The position numbers were made by a program, and so were the translations under genes. The notes under the pieces were generated by a model. The model saw nothing but the letters and a program-made list of their open reading frames with translations, searched no databases and had not been told where the DNA came from. A stretch of DNA of 64,000 nucleotides. Source: Cystobasidiomycetes sp. EMM_F5 (lineage: Eukaryota). Where the stretch lies: positions 186,001 through 250,000 of the forward strand of contig JBPGPT010000009.1 of NCBI GenBank assembly GCA_051047955.1. The letters run 5' to 3'. The first letter of the stretch is position 1; the number at the start of each line of letters is the position of its first letter. Of the stretch, positions 63,601 to 64,000 are shown piece after piece.

Positions 63601-64000
63601 AAGAGCGAGTCGCAGCGTCTTCTCTACTGAACGGACTTGTGTCGCGTTGGAAGACGTCATTGTCGACGGGGCCCAGCTTGTTAATGCATTGAAAAGCCGG
63701 CTGCTTAGGGTCGGCCGGACCTTAATGAGCAGAGACATAGAATTGATGATGGATGAAACAATGTCGGGAATACTATGAAGTTCCATCAGCAACATGACGA
63801 TGATTCAGTCAAACATGACAAACCTCGCTGAATATAATAATGATACGGCCTCTTCCGTCAACTTGGTTGCTTCGTCCTCGAGGACCCGACCATTCAGAAA
63901 TGGATGATGAGACGGGCACATGGCTAGATTGACATCGCCCCGGTTTTGCAACTAGCACGGAGTGACCAAGTCAGATGAGAGACTTGATGAAGCTGGTGGA
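60640..64000 (-). CDS. SYMPK: Symplekin/Pta1 (mRNA 3'-end processing scaffold); 5' end beyond the window
   Basis: QVRSVEKTLRLAL, LAKLWLNEEW, LRDLAMLRPPLR, LLTPVELLVLLH, LPTLFLRTVIQA, LSRLITKKIW...LWQGFIRC. Confidence 0.93.

Noticed and set aside
6997..64000. Apparent enrichment of RNA-processing genes (SR protein, CEG1, RRM4, TFB2, SPF45, symplekin)
   Set aside because: They are interspersed with unrelated genes in mixed orientations; chance is plausible in a compact genome.
1..64000. tRNA/rRNA genes, transposons, CRISPR arrays, prokaryotic defence systems
   Set aside because: None recognised by eye; the DNA is spliceosomal-intron-rich eukaryotic sequence. tRNAscan-SE, Infernal and RepeatModeler would be needed to exclude small elements formally.

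Overview
This is eukaryotic DNA: a very gene-dense, intron-rich fungal chromosome segment. It is most consistent with a basidiomycete, possibly Pucciniomycotina (inferred from an Rrm4 orthologue, basidiomycete-type secreted proteins and 50-70 nt introns). About 33 spliced protein-coding genes can be reconstructed by hand; exon joins are my manual predictions. They are mostly housekeeping genes: CHL1 helicase, an aquaglyceroporin, RAM2, a Gbp2/Hrb1-like SR protein, a GSI-like ligase, CEG1, PDCD5, a Topors-like RING protein, a T5orf172/Mug113 protein, MAG1, DMA1, RRM4, three tandem metallophosphoesterases, TFB2, NUF2, SAM35, PER1, COX17, bL31m, SPF45, a DUF1275 protein, an MDR oxidoreductase, a GFA/CENP-V protein and symplekin. 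I saw no tRNA/rRNA gene, transposon or CRISPR array. The best leads are: (i) an orphan disordered protein with about 8 dispersed GW motifs and an internal SRRxT...PSNxxYGW repeat (candidate Argonaute-hook scaffold); (ii) an Rrm4 orthologue with its own PAM2 motif where the first MLLE domain would be expected; (iii) a GSI-like enzyme with Trp at the catalytic Glu-flap position; (iv) an intact metallophosphoesterase triplication; (v) extremely tight gene spacing; and (vi) two C-terminal duplications in which the first copy's stop codon was lost.
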